Part shown: piece after piece, positions 8,413-17,094 of the stretch
Layout: each line of letters opens with the position of its first letter
Numbering within the stretch: the first letter of the stretch is position 1
Virus record (IMG/VR): IMGVR_UViG_3300024262_006558
Coordinates: 1-64,000 of that record
Strand: one strand, 5' to 3'
Length of the DNA stretch: 64,000 nucleotides
Made by a program: the position numbers and the translations under genes
The notes under the pieces: generated by a model
The model's database searches: none
Seen by the model: the letters and a program-made list of their open reading frames with translations, nothing else
Told to the model about the DNA's origin: nothing

Positions 8413-9234
8413 TTAAGCGATTTGAGTGTTTGAGTTTGCTTCTGATACCAATTTCTCAATTATCTGCCTAACATCTTCCTCAAGCTTATCTGCTGAATGT
8501 AATAACCAGCTTTGATAACTCTTATCTCCTTCAAGCGATTCAACAATAGACTTACCTTTATATTTACCAAAATTAAAAGTAGGAACACCTTGTGCGTTAA
8601 GATAAATCTTACCCTCAAGGTCCATGTTAGTTTTTCTATTGTTACAAAGCTTTCCAAGCGAATGGATGTCTGCTGTTACTTTTCCGCCATTGTCCAACAC
8701 TTCTCCCTTATGTGTGTCAATTAACGCGTTTAACAGAGCGATATTTGTAGTTATTGTATCTTGAGAGGTAGGCTGCTCTGGATGAAATTTACCCAAATAT
8801 TTTCTAGAAACCGCCTTTAAACTTCTTGGTTCTATCTTTTGATGCAACTGCATCAAGTCAACAATGTTTCGATCGTAAGTTAAAAATGATAATCCTGACC
8901 TACTGAATTCATGAGTTAAGAATTTCAAATCGAAATCTTTAATTGAGAATCCAATAAAATCACAGCCCTCAAAGAAGGCTAGTAACCCTTTAGCTTTTGC
9001 TTCAAAGGTTGGAGCATTTTTAACATGTTCGTTTGTTATGCCATTTATGGCAGTTGAAGCCTCTGATATGTCAATACCAGGGTTAATCTTTGTTATGGCT
9101 ACAATTTCTTTTTCCTCCCCAGGAAACCTCTTTACAACCGCAATTTCTATAATCCTATCTTCTTTAGGATTAAGGCCAGTCGTTTGTATTTTTACAAAGC
9201 ATACAGGTCTTTCAAGTTCTGTTGATAATTTCAT
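8413..9234 (-). CDS. DnaQ/epsilon-like DEDDh exonuclease homologue with degenerate active site
   Basis: xTTGLNPKEDRIIEIA, INPG, AINGIT, APTF, FDL, FNFGKYKG motifs; ExoI reads VKIQTTG instead of FDLETTG. Confidence 0.8.
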   Translation of the reverse strand: MKLSTELERPVCFVKIQTTGLNPKEDRIIEIAVVKRFPGEEKEIVAITKINPGIDISEASTAINGITNEHVKNAPTFEAKAKGLLAFFEGCDFIGFSIKDFDLKFLTHEFSRSGLSFLTYDRNIVDLMQLHQKIEPRSLKAVSRKYLGKFHPEQPTSQDTITTNIALLNALIDTHKGEVLDNGGKVTADIHSLGKLCNNRKTNMDLEGKIYLNAQGVPTFNFGKYKGKSIVESLEGDKSYQSWLLHSADKLEEDVRQIIEKLVSEANSNTQIA

Positions 9235-9281
9235 TATAATTAGATTTATACTTATTTACTTCAACAGTAAAGTTATAAGCT

Positions 9282-9596
9282 TTATATCCAATCTCCAAGA
9301 ACTTTTCCTTTTATTTTGCTTAAATCTTGCGTGGAGAATGTTTTAGTTACATTCTCTATAAAATCAAATTCATTAGGATTAACCCAAAAAACAACTCCAG
9401 ACATTTCACCGTCTGAGTTCAAAGTTTCAACCTGATGATCCGATCCATCAACTGAAAGCACCATTAATCTAGCGCCTGAATCAATAACATAACCATCCTT
9501 CATTTCCTTAGAAATGGAAAGCGAGCAGAGAGACACTTGTAGCTCTTGCTCGCTTTCTATGACAGCATTAAAATCAAATTTAATTAATTGAATCAT
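9282..9596 (-). CDS. Hypothetical protein
   Basis: 104-aa ORF overlapping sigma gene end. Confidence 0.6.
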   Translation of the reverse strand: MIQLIKFDFNAVIESEQELQVSLCSLSISKEMKDGYVIDSGARLMVLSVDGSDHQVETLNSDGEMSGVVFWVNPNEFDFIENVTKTFSTQDLSKIKGKVLGDWI

Positions 9597-10437
9597 TTAG
9601 ATATTCTTTTAATCTAGAGCTTTTCCCATGACTTCTAAGCTTCCTTTTGGCCAATTCTTTAATTTGCCTAACTCGCTCATTAGTTAAGCTTAATACGTCA
9701 CCAATCTCTCTTAAAGTTTTTGGCTCATTACCATTTAACCCATAGTACATACTAAGAATATCGGCTTCTCTTTCTGAAAGTTGTTTAAATATACTATTTA
9801 TCTCTGTAGCTAAAGATTCTCTGTTGATAGCGTTCTCCATCTGATCATAAGAATCATTTTGCAAAAAATCTACTAAAGAATATTCTGAATCTTCAGAAAC
9901 TTTATTTTCCAAAGAAACGCTTTTGTTTACATCTGGACTTGAGGATATTACCTCACTCTCTTCTATGCAGGCTTTGTCAATCATCTCTTCCAATGTAGGC
10001 TCTCGACTTAGTTCCTGAACCAGTTTTTCTCTGGCTTTGTTTAATTTGTTTTGCGCGTTTATCTTATTAACGGGCAGTCTAACAGTTTCAGTGTTGTCGT
10101 ATATTGACGCCATTATAGCTTGTCTTATCCACCATACTGCATAAGATAAAAATCTTATATTCTTAGATGCGTCAAACTTATTTATAGCCCTAATCATCCC
10201 TATATTACCTTCATTTATCAGGTCGTTAAGTTCCAATCTATCATTTCTGTACTCTTTAGCTACAGATACAATAAACCTTTGATTGCACTCAATAAGTTTT
10301 TCTCTTGCAATTTCGTCACCATTTTGAGCTAGAACTGCAAGTTCTATTTGCTTATTTGCACTCAATTGGTCAAATTTTCTAATTTCTCTAAAATAATTTT
10401 TTCTAGAAAAAGAATCTTCTTGATCGTTTCTTTCCAT
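9580..10437 (-). CDS. RNA polymerase sigma-70 family factor (RpoD/RpoS-like, regions 1.2-4)
   Basis: NQRFIVSVAKEY, DLINEGNIGMIRAINKFD, FLSYAVWWIRQAI, VRLP, region 4 TLREIGDVLSLTNERVRQIK. Confidence 0.95.
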   Translation of the reverse strand: MERNDQEDSFSRKNYFREIRKFDQLSANKQIELAVLAQNGDEIAREKLIECNQRFIVSVAKEYRNDRLELNDLINEGNIGMIRAINKFDASKNIRFLSYAVWWIRQAIMASIYDNTETVRLPVNKINAQNKLNKAREKLVQELSREPTLEEMIDKACIEESEVISSSPDVNKSVSLENKVSEDSEYSLVDFLQNDSYDQMENAINRESLATEINSIFKQLSEREADILSMYYGLNGNEPKTLREIGDVLSLTNERVRQIKELAKRKLRSHGKSSRLKEYLNDSIN

Positions 10438-10475
10438 TTTCGCTTAATTCACTTTTTTTTAGCCCTCTGGGAGGC

Positions 10476-10799
10476 TTACTTGTCCCATTCAAGTTGAGTG
10501 AAAAAACTCTTCAACTTCTCAAATTCCTCTTTTGTGTTCACCACTTTAATAGCATACTGATTCGGTCGTGACGGATCAGTTATATTGTGTCCACTAAGTT
10601 CAATTTTTAGAAACCTTTCTTCTTTTCCCTTTTGCCTAACATATACTAAATCCATTTCAATAAGTGAGTCGTTTTGATCTTCATCATTCCCCACACTTAC
10701 AAATGTACTCATAGAAGCCTTATTGTTAGCAGTCATTATAGACTGCGTAACATCAGCTTTTTTATTACTGGCTACTGGTTGTTCTTTCACTTCTCCCAT
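10476..10799 (-). CDS. Hypothetical protein
   Basis: 107-aa ORF with upstream TAGATTTG. Confidence 0.65.
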   Translation of the reverse strand: MGEVKEQPVASNKKADVTQSIMTANNKASMSTFVSVGNDEDQNDSLIEMDLVYVRQKGKEERFLKIELSGHNITDPSRPNQYAIKVVNTKEEFEKLKSFFTQLEWDK

Positions 10800-10831
10800 T
10801 GTGATAATACTTTAACTTATTTCTTTCATAA

Positions 10832-10839
10832 CAAATCTA
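10832..10839 (-). promoter_or_regulatory. -7 element TAGATTTG
   Basis: TAnnTTTG match upstream of the 10799 start and the sigma/DnaQ/UvrD run. Confidence 0.5.
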
Positions 10840-10877
10840 CTAAAAAATATCAAGAAAATCAAGTAAAAAGTGAAAAG

Positions 10878-10901
10878 AAAATAGGGGGCGAAATACCCCC
10901 T
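10878..10901 (-). terminator. Intrinsic terminator after hsp20
   Basis: AGGGGG/CCCCCT stem followed by T-rich tract on minus strand. Confidence 0.65.
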
Positions 10902-10930
10902 TTAATACTGTTTAATGAGCTAAAAGTCAG

Positions 10931-11329
10931 TTATTTAACTTTGATACTAAAGCTCTTCTTCTTGCCTTCTTCAGTCTTGGGGATAACAACCTTTAAAACA
11001 CCGTCTTTATAAGATGCGTCAATGCTTTCTATATCAAATCTCCTAGACAGTTTAAACGTCTTTTTAAACGGTTGGATTGGTTGCTTTTTCTTGTGATACT
11101 TATATCCTTCTTCAGATTTAACTGCATCCCCTTCATATGAAACAATAAATAGATCTCCATCGATTTTAATATCGAAGTCACTCTTTTTAGCTCCAGATAA
11201 ATATAAATCTAATCTATACTCATTATCACTTTCTAGTATGTCATATTGAGAATATGATTCATGCTCTAAAACCGTGTTAAAGATGTCTCCAAAAATTTCA
11301 TTCAATTCTTTGTTAAATGTGCTTTTCAT
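10931..11329 (-). CDS. Small heat shock protein (Hsp20/alpha-crystallin)
   Basis: YDILE...LDLYLSGAKKSDFDIKIDGD...FKKTFKL...IDASYKDGVLKVVIPK. Confidence 0.92.
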   Translation of the reverse strand: MKSTFNKELNEIFGDIFNTVLEHESYSQYDILESDNEYRLDLYLSGAKKSDFDIKIDGDLFIVSYEGDAVKSEEGYKYHKKKQPIQPFKKTFKLSRRFDIESIDASYKDGVLKVVIPKTEEGKKKSFSIKVK

Positions 11330-11466
11330 GTTTTTTGATTTATGCTTTAAACTATAGCTCTAGTATAGTCCAAATTCGTACCAATATAGAAAATGCTAAA
11401 ATCCCTGACAGAATTTCCTTTTTTCTTCAATAACAATAAAATAAATAAGACAATTTGTCGTATATG

Positions 11467-11862
11467 CTAGAATCTATCCTCGTACTTAAGAATTTTCTGC
11501 ATTTTAACTGGTGTAAGCTCCAATCCTTCTCCGCCACTTAATTTAATGTGGAAATCCTTGGAAATTGCATACTTAAGAAGGTCAAAATTCAACCTAGTAC
11601 CATCAACGTCAAACCCTCTTTCTGAAAATGTAACAGAATAAGGATTGTCAGTATCTTTGTCGAATATAACCCTAGCTTTCTTCTTAGGTTTCTCAGAGAC
11701 TGGCTCTTGAGATGGTGCTGGAGATTGAGCTACAGCTCTCATAGCCTTTTGTTCTATACCTGGAACAGAAGAAGGGTCTATACCTTGCTCTTCTAGCAAG
11801 GAATAAAGCTCTGTCTTTATAATTTCCTGTAACTGATTTGGTTGTGTTTTACCTGCTCCCAT
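11467..11862 (-). CDS. Hypothetical (probable virion) protein
   Basis: Preceded by TATTTATA; LQEIIKTEL motif. Confidence 0.65.
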   Translation of the reverse strand: MGAGKTQPNQLQEIIKTELYSLLEEQGIDPSSVPGIEQKAMRAVAQSPAPSQEPVSEKPKKKARVIFDKDTDNPYSVTFSERGFDVDGTRLNFDLLKYAISKDFHIKLSGGEGLELTPVKMQKILKYEDRF

Positions 11863-11877
11863 AAATAGACTATTTCA

Positions 11878-11885
11878 TATAAATA
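11878..11885 (-). promoter_or_regulatory. Putative late promoter motif TATTTATA
   Basis: 15 nt upstream of ATG 11862. Confidence 0.55.
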
Positions 11886-11925
11886 GGTGTTTTTTTTAAA
11901 AAGCAGACCCTTTTAATGGCCTACT

Positions 11926-12120
11926 TTATTGCATTTCTTGCTTCTTTTTCGCTATGATAGCTTCGAATTTACTTTTGAACTCTGCTTCTAATTTTGCTTT
12001 TTTAGCTTTTAATTTAGCGGTTCTTTCAATGCTTCTCTTAGCGCTAGTGCTAGCTCTTTTTGCTGATTTCTTAGCTCTATTTTTAGCTTGAGCCTTTTTG
12101 TTCTTATTTGATTTTTTCAT
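11926..12120 (-). CDS. Small highly basic Lys/Ala-rich protein
   Basis: MKKSNKNKKAQAKNRAKKSAKR...; overlaps upstream gene. Confidence 0.65.
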   Translation of the reverse strand: MKKSNKNKKAQAKNRAKKSAKRASTSAKRSIERTAKLKAKKAKLEAEFKSKFEAIIAKKKQEMQ

Positions 12121-12394
12121 TTTCGCTTTGTTTTTCTGCTGCTTGTAAAACTTTATTTAACCTTTCCATTGAAGTGTTGAAAATCTCCTTAGATTCTTCA
12201 TCTGTAACTAAAACTGGATTAATGCACTCTATTTTCGAGTTATTTCCACTTATTGGGACAAAGAATGCTACGGCGCCATTATCTGTAAAAAGTTGCGCAT
12301 TAGCCTTTTTAATACTCTCTACATGAGCTGGGATATCATTCTGGTCCATATCACCAACGCCAACATAAAAACAAATAATTAACTGATTCTTCAT
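12104..12394 (-). CDS. Hypothetical protein
   Basis: 96-aa ORF. Confidence 0.65.
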   Translation of the reverse strand: MKNQLIICFYVGVGDMDQNDIPAHVESIKKANAQLFTDNGAVAFFVPISGNNSKIECINPVLVTDEESKEIFNTSMERLNKVLQAAEKQSENEKIK

Positions 12395-12442
12395 AAATTA
12401 TATTTTTAAAAAACTTAATCAAAAATTTACATAAAACAAAAT

Positions 12443-12478
12443 AAAAAAGCCTATAACAATTAAGTTATAGGCTTTTTT
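12443..12478. terminator. Intrinsic terminator after nrdB
   Basis: AAAAAAGCCTATAAC-AATTAA-GTTATAGGCTTTTTT perfect stem. Confidence 0.85.
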
Positions 12479-12497
12479 ATTGCATGATTTATATTTA

Positions 12498-13490
12498 TTA
12501 AAATTCAGCGTCAAAATTAAAGTCGTTCTCACTATCTCTCTTTCCAGCTCTCTTATATTCAGCAACCCTCTTTTCAAAAAAGTTAGTTTTACCCTCTAAA
12601 GAAATCATATCCATAAAATCAAAAGGGTTAGGCGTGTTATACACTTTTTCGCAACGCAATTCATTTAGCCAGAAATCAGCAACAAACTCAATGTACTCAG
12701 ACATCAACTTTGAATTCATTCCTATTAAGGACACAGGGATTGATTCAGTTATGAACTCCTTCTCAATGTCTACGGCAGATACAATTATTTCAGTGATAGT
12801 CTTTTTATCCACTTTGTTAACCACGTGATCATTATGCAGTAAACATGCAAACTCACAATGCTTCCCTTCATCTCTTGAGATTAGCTCATTAGAGAAAGTA
12901 AGCCCAGGCATTAAACCTCTCTTTTTCAACCAGAACAATGCGCAGAAGCTACCAGAAAAGAAGATTCCTTCTACAGCGCAAAATGCAATCAATCTTTCTT
13001 GAAATGTTCCGTTATCAATCCATCTTAATGCCCAATCAGCTTTTTTCTTAACACAAGCTATTGTGTCAATAGCGTTAAATAGCCTATCTTTTTCAGCTTC
13101 ATCTTTAATGTAAGTGTCTATTAATAATGAATATGTCTCACTATGAACATTCTCCATCATAATTTGGAATCCGTAATAGAATTGAGCTTCAGCGTATTGA
13201 ACATCCGCTAGCATGTTGTTTGCTAGATTTTCGTTAACAATACCGTCTGATGCAGCAAAGAATGCGAGGATGTTTTTAATGAAATGCTTTTCATCATCAT
13301 TTAACTTATTATCCCAATCAGCTAAGTCTGGAGATAAATCTAACTCTTCAGCCGTCCATATCATTTCCTGAGTAACTTTATATTGATTCCAAATATCAGG
13401 ATGTTTTATGGGAAAAATAACATATCGATTAGGGTTATCAACCAATATAGGCTCTATTTCTTGCCCCTCTTTCTTTATATCTTCACTCAT
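12498..13490 (-). CDS. nrdB: Ribonucleotide reductase class Ia beta subunit
   Basis: [49 protein letters not shown] diiron and radical-transfer motifs. Confidence 0.97.
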   Translation of the reverse strand: MSEDIKKEGQEIEPILVDNPNRYVIFPIKHPDIWNQYKVTQEMIWTAEELDLSPDLADWDNKLNDDEKHFIKNILAFFAASDGIVNENLANNMLADVQYAEAQFYYGFQIMMENVHSETYSLLIDTYIKDEAEKDRLFNAIDTIACVKKKADWALRWIDNGTFQERLIAFCAVEGIFFSGSFCALFWLKKRGLMPGLTFSNELISRDEGKHCEFACLLHNDHVVNKVDKKTITEIIVSAVDIEKEFITESIPVSLIGMNSKLMSEYIEFVADFWLNELRCEKVYNTPNPFDFMDMISLEGKTNFFEKRVAEYKRAGKRDSENDFNFDAEF

Positions 13491-13530
13491 ATTATATACT
13501 TTTTAATTTCTTCTAATGGTCGTAAAAATA

Positions 13531-13560
13531 AAAAACCCTGCTCAATTAAGCAAGGTTTTT
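13531..13560 (-). terminator. Intrinsic terminator upstream of nrdB
   Basis: AAAAACCCTGCT...AGCAAGGTTTTT stem (one G-U on minus strand). Confidence 0.65.
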
Positions 13561-13588
13561 CTAAACTTTATTTTCGTTCTAGTAATAA

Positions 13589-13798
13589 TTAAAGTATTTC
13601 TGTAATATCTTTTTCCGAGACGTATCCTCGTTTCCCCACTATAAGGTAATTGTAGATACACCTACCAAATAACCTATCCACATAAGCTCCTGAATTTATC
13701 GTGCCTAAATTTGTAATAGTACCTTCTCCTAGTGGGTGGGTTATTCCATTAACCACCTTTACTTTATGCCCTCTATCAATAGCTTTTTGATCCTTCAT
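13589..13798 (-). CDS. Hypothetical protein
   Basis: 69-aa ORF between nrdA and nrdB. Confidence 0.55.
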   Translation of the reverse strand: MKDQKAIDRGHKVKVVNGITHPLGEGTITNLGTINSGAYVDRLFGRCIYNYLIVGKRGYVSEKDITEIL

Positions 13799-13815
13799 AT
13801 TCTTGTGTTCTTGGT

Positions 13816-14079
13816 CTATGAGGTGATTTTAGGTACAATTACTGAGCATTTATCCGAATTGACAACGAATCCACAAGTATCAAGTTCTGGATTATCTTCC
13901 CTATAATCCTCAATCTCTTTATGGCCTTTTTTATTGGTTTTTATCACATCTTTATATAAGACTGTAAACGTCTTCTTACCGCCAATCTCACTAACTCTAC
14001 CAATTACTGGTTGAGATGGAGAGTGCATAAAAAACACTTTTGTTCCAACATTTATTTCTACTCCATTAAAATCTTTCAT
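13816..14079 (-). CDS. Hypothetical protein
   Basis: 87-aa ORF; MKDFNGVEINVG start typical of small phage SH3-like proteins. Confidence 0.65.
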   Translation of the reverse strand: MKDFNGVEINVGTKVFFMHSPSQPVIGRVSEIGGKKTFTVLYKDVIKTNKKGHKEIEDYREDNPELDTCGFVVNSDKCSVIVPKITS

Positions 14080-14090
14080 AATAAATAAAT

Positions 14091-14393
14091 TTAAACTTCA
14101 TGTATAATATATGAACCTTCCTCGATGTGCCCATCATGCAACAAAGTTAGCAATACTTCATATATGCCGCTGACATTGCTATAGTTTCCAGAAGCAATCT
14201 CTTTTGATAACTCTTCTTTATGTTTATATGAGTGAACATCTTCTTTTACAATATCCTCACTTACGGTACCATCTCCATCCCCCTCTTCAATTAGGGACAC
14301 AGATAAATCTCCACCATAAGTTTTGTTCACAAACGACTCAAGCGCATGTGATGATGTTTCTAAAATTACTTTTTTGTTAAATACACTTTCCAT
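14091..14393 (-). CDS. Hypothetical protein
   Basis: 100-aa acidic ORF. Confidence 0.6.
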   Translation of the reverse strand: MESVFNKKVILETSSHALESFVNKTYGGDLSVSLIEEGDGDGTVSEDIVKEDVHSYKHKEELSKEIASGNYSNVSGIYEVLLTLLHDGHIEEGSYIIHEV

Positions 14394-14461
14394 ATCATGA
14401 TTATTAAGTTATAAATTATACCTCTGATAACTTAAACGTAAATTTATAAAATTTGTTGCAT

Positions 14462-14493
14462 AAAAAAAAACCATACTATTAATAATAGTATGG
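14462..14493 (-). terminator. Intrinsic terminator after nrdA
   Basis: CCATACTATT-AAT-AATAGTATGG stem plus T9 on minus strand. Confidence 0.75.
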
Positions 14494-14525
14494 AATTCCT
14501 AAAACGACAACTATAAGCTAATTAG

Positions 14526-17066
14526 CTACGAGCCGCATGCTTCGCAATCTTCCCCATTTTGCATTGCCTCGATGGAACAACTTATTGCCTCCTCTTCAGT
14601 ATAAACCTTAGCTTCAACCTTCTTAGTGTCAACTGTGAATTTAACCGCATCAGCTGCAGCTTTCGTCCTTAAGTAATACATTCCAGTCTTCAAAGCACTC
14701 TCTGGAGTCTTGCCATACTTGGCTTTGTTTTCCAAAAGACTTTTTTGTTTTACAATATCTCCAGATAACTCACCTTCTATTTTAGAAATTTCTTCTAAGA
14801 ACAGATCTAATTCTTCCTGAGCTCCTTCTGATACTGTTACTCCCCCTCCCCATCCAAAGAAATGCATGGCAGTTAAACTACCAAAATTTGGTTGAGCCAT
14901 GTGAATATTCATTGACTGAGTTTGATCTATATAAGCTCCTCTTCCAGCGTACATGTTGATGATGTCCTTTTGAGAAATCTCCCAAGTAGTTCTATACTTG
15001 TGTTTTAGATTTTCAGGGATTTCATCGATAGCTTGAACGCTACCATTATTAGACATTATCTGACTTTTAATCCCATTACTCCATATGCCAAGATCACACA
15101 ACTCTCTAACCAAGTGTTTGTTAACAATGATGAACTCACCGCTTAAAACTCGTCTTAAATACATATTGCTTTGCTGAGCTTCAGCTGCAGCTTCATTTCC
15201 AAATATACTAGCTGTAGAAGCGGTAGGCATTGAACATGTTGTTAAAGAGTTTCTTAGACCGTATTTTATTATGTCCGCTCTTAACCCTTCCCAATCATAC
15301 CTATCAGATGGAGTTACTCCCCACATGTCAAATTGTAATATGCCTTCAGATGCTGGAGATCCTTTGAATGTGCTGTATGACCCTTCTTTCTTAGCAAGAT
15401 CATTAGACGCTTTTAAAGAAGCGTAATATATTGTTTCGTATATTTTCTTATTCAAATCTGCAGACTTAGCGTCACCATATGACATATCCATTAAAAAGAA
15501 TACATCAGCTAAACCTTGAGTTCCTAAACCGATTGGTCTATGCTTAAAGTTTGAATTACTTGCAGTCTCTACAGGGTAGAAATTAATATCAATAACTTTA
15601 TTCAAGTTTATTGTCGCTCTATAAGATACTTGCTCTAATTTTTCGAAGTCAAACTTCTTATTTTTTCTACCTTTAACAAAATTAGGAAGACAAATACTAG
15701 CAAGATTACAAACGGCAGTTTCTTCTGGAGATGTAAATTCAATTATCTCAGCACATAAATTTGAACACTTGATTGTACCTAGATTCTTTTGGTTTGACTT
15801 AACGTTACACGCATCTTTATAAAGCATATAAGGGCCGCCAGTCTCCATTTGAGACTCTAACATTTTAGTCCAAAGCTCTCTAGCTTTAATCTTTCTAATG
15901 TACTTACCTTCAGCTTCATATTTTTCATACAACTCAACAAACTTTTCAGAATAAACCTCATCTAAACCAGGGCATTCTTTAGGGTCCATTAAAGCCCAGT
16001 CTTGATCGTTCTCCACTCTTTGCATGAACAAGTCAGGTAACCACATTGCATAGAACAAATCTCTTGCTCTCATTTCTTCTTTACCATGATTTTTCTTCAT
16101 TTCCAATAAATCGAAAATATCTCCATGCCATGGCTCTATATAAATAGCAATTGACCCTTTTCTCTTGCCTCCACCTTGATCTACATATCTAGCAGTCTCA
16201 TTGAACACCTTAAGCATAGGTACAATTCCATTCGAAGTCCCGTTAGTCCCTTTTATGTAAGACCCTTTAGTTCTTATATTGTGTATACTTAAGCCTATAC
16301 CTCCAGCCGATTGAGAAATGTCTGCGCATTCAGATAAGGTATCGTAAATACCTTTTATTGAATCATCCTTTGCTTGAAGTAAAAAACAGCTAGACATCTG
16401 AGGCTTATTGGTTCCAGCGTTGAATAATGTTGGGGTAGCATGTGTGAAATACTTTTCAGTCATCATGTCGTAAGTCTCCAGAGCGCTCTCTATGTCGTTT
16501 CCATGAATGCCTATAGCAACTCTCATGAATACATATTGAGGGGTCTCAGTAATTTCTAGAGCTTTCTTCTTCTCATTATATGTTTTAAGTAAATAGCTCT
16601 TCTCAAGAGTCTTGTACCCGAATATATCAAAAGTAAAATCTCTTGACTTTATGATTGCAGAATTTAATTCGTCCGAGTTTTCTACTACTGTTTTATAATA
16701 TTCTTCAGATACTAGTGGAGCTCTTTCTCCAGTTTCTGGATCAATGTTGTTGTAAAGTTTGTCAGTTGCTTTTGAGAAACTTCTTTCAGTTGTCTTGTGT
16801 AAAGATGATATCGCTAACCTTCCAGCTAACACCGCGTAATCAGGGTGTTGTGCAGTAAGAGCAGCCGCAGTCTCTACAGCTAAATTATCTAATGCTTCAG
16901 TAGTTACTCCATCGTAAATACCTTCAATAACTTTCTTGGCAATATCAAAAGGCTTTATCCAACTTGGATCCAACTTATAAGATTGCTTTTCTATTCTAGA
17001 AAGAACCTTTTCCAATTTCACAGGCTCTTTCTTTCCAGTCCTTTTAGTTACATAAACTTCGTTCAT
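14526..17066 (-). CDS. nrdA: Ribonucleotide reductase class Ia alpha subunit with N-terminal ATP cone
   Basis: VTKRTG ATP cone, ATPTLFNAG, SSCFL, SNLCAEI, MPTAST, KTGMYYLRT, C-terminal CEAC. Confidence 0.97.
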   Translation of the reverse strand: MNEVYVTKRTGKKEPVKLEKVLSRIEKQSYKLDPSWIKPFDIAKKVIEGIYDGVTTEALDNLAVETAAALTAQHPDYAVLAGRLAISSLHKTTERSFSKATDKLYNNIDPETGERAPLVSEEYYKTVVENSDELNSAIIKSRDFTFDIFGYKTLEKSYLLKTYNEKKKALEITETPQYVFMRVAIGIHGNDIESALETYDMMTEKYFTHATPTLFNAGTNKPQMSSCFLLQAKDDSIKGIYDTLSECADISQSAGGIGLSIHNIRTKGSYIKGTNGTSNGIVPMLKVFNETARYVDQGGGKRKGSIAIYIEPWHGDIFDLLEMKKNHGKEEMRARDLFYAMWLPDLFMQRVENDQDWALMDPKECPGLDEVYSEKFVELYEKYEAEGKYIRKIKARELWTKMLESQMETGGPYMLYKDACNVKSNQKNLGTIKCSNLCAEIIEFTSPEETAVCNLASICLPNFVKGRKNKKFDFEKLEQVSYRATINLNKVIDINFYPVETASNSNFKHRPIGLGTQGLADVFFLMDMSYGDAKSADLNKKIYETIYYASLKASNDLAKKEGSYSTFKGSPASEGILQFDMWGVTPSDRYDWEGLRADIIKYGLRNSLTTCSMPTASTASIFGNEAAAEAQQSNMYLRRVLSGEFIIVNKHLVRELCDLGIWSNGIKSQIMSNNGSVQAIDEIPENLKHKYRTTWEISQKDIINMYAGRGAYIDQTQSMNIHMAQPNFGSLTAMHFFGWGGGVTVSEGAQEELDLFLEEISKIEGELSGDIVKQKSLLENKAKYGKTPESALKTGMYYLRTKAAADAVKFTVDTKKVEAKVYTEEEAISCSIEAMQNGEDCEACGS

Positions 17067-17094
17067 TTGTTGTTTTTTTTGTTAATTAAATATT

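Noticed and set aside
12498-17066. Eukaryote-like NrdAB suggesting a giant eukaryotic virus
   Set aside because: T4-like portal, terminase and baseplate, sigma-70, SSB, DnaE and bacterial terminators indicate a bacteriophage; Bacteroidota carry this RNR type.
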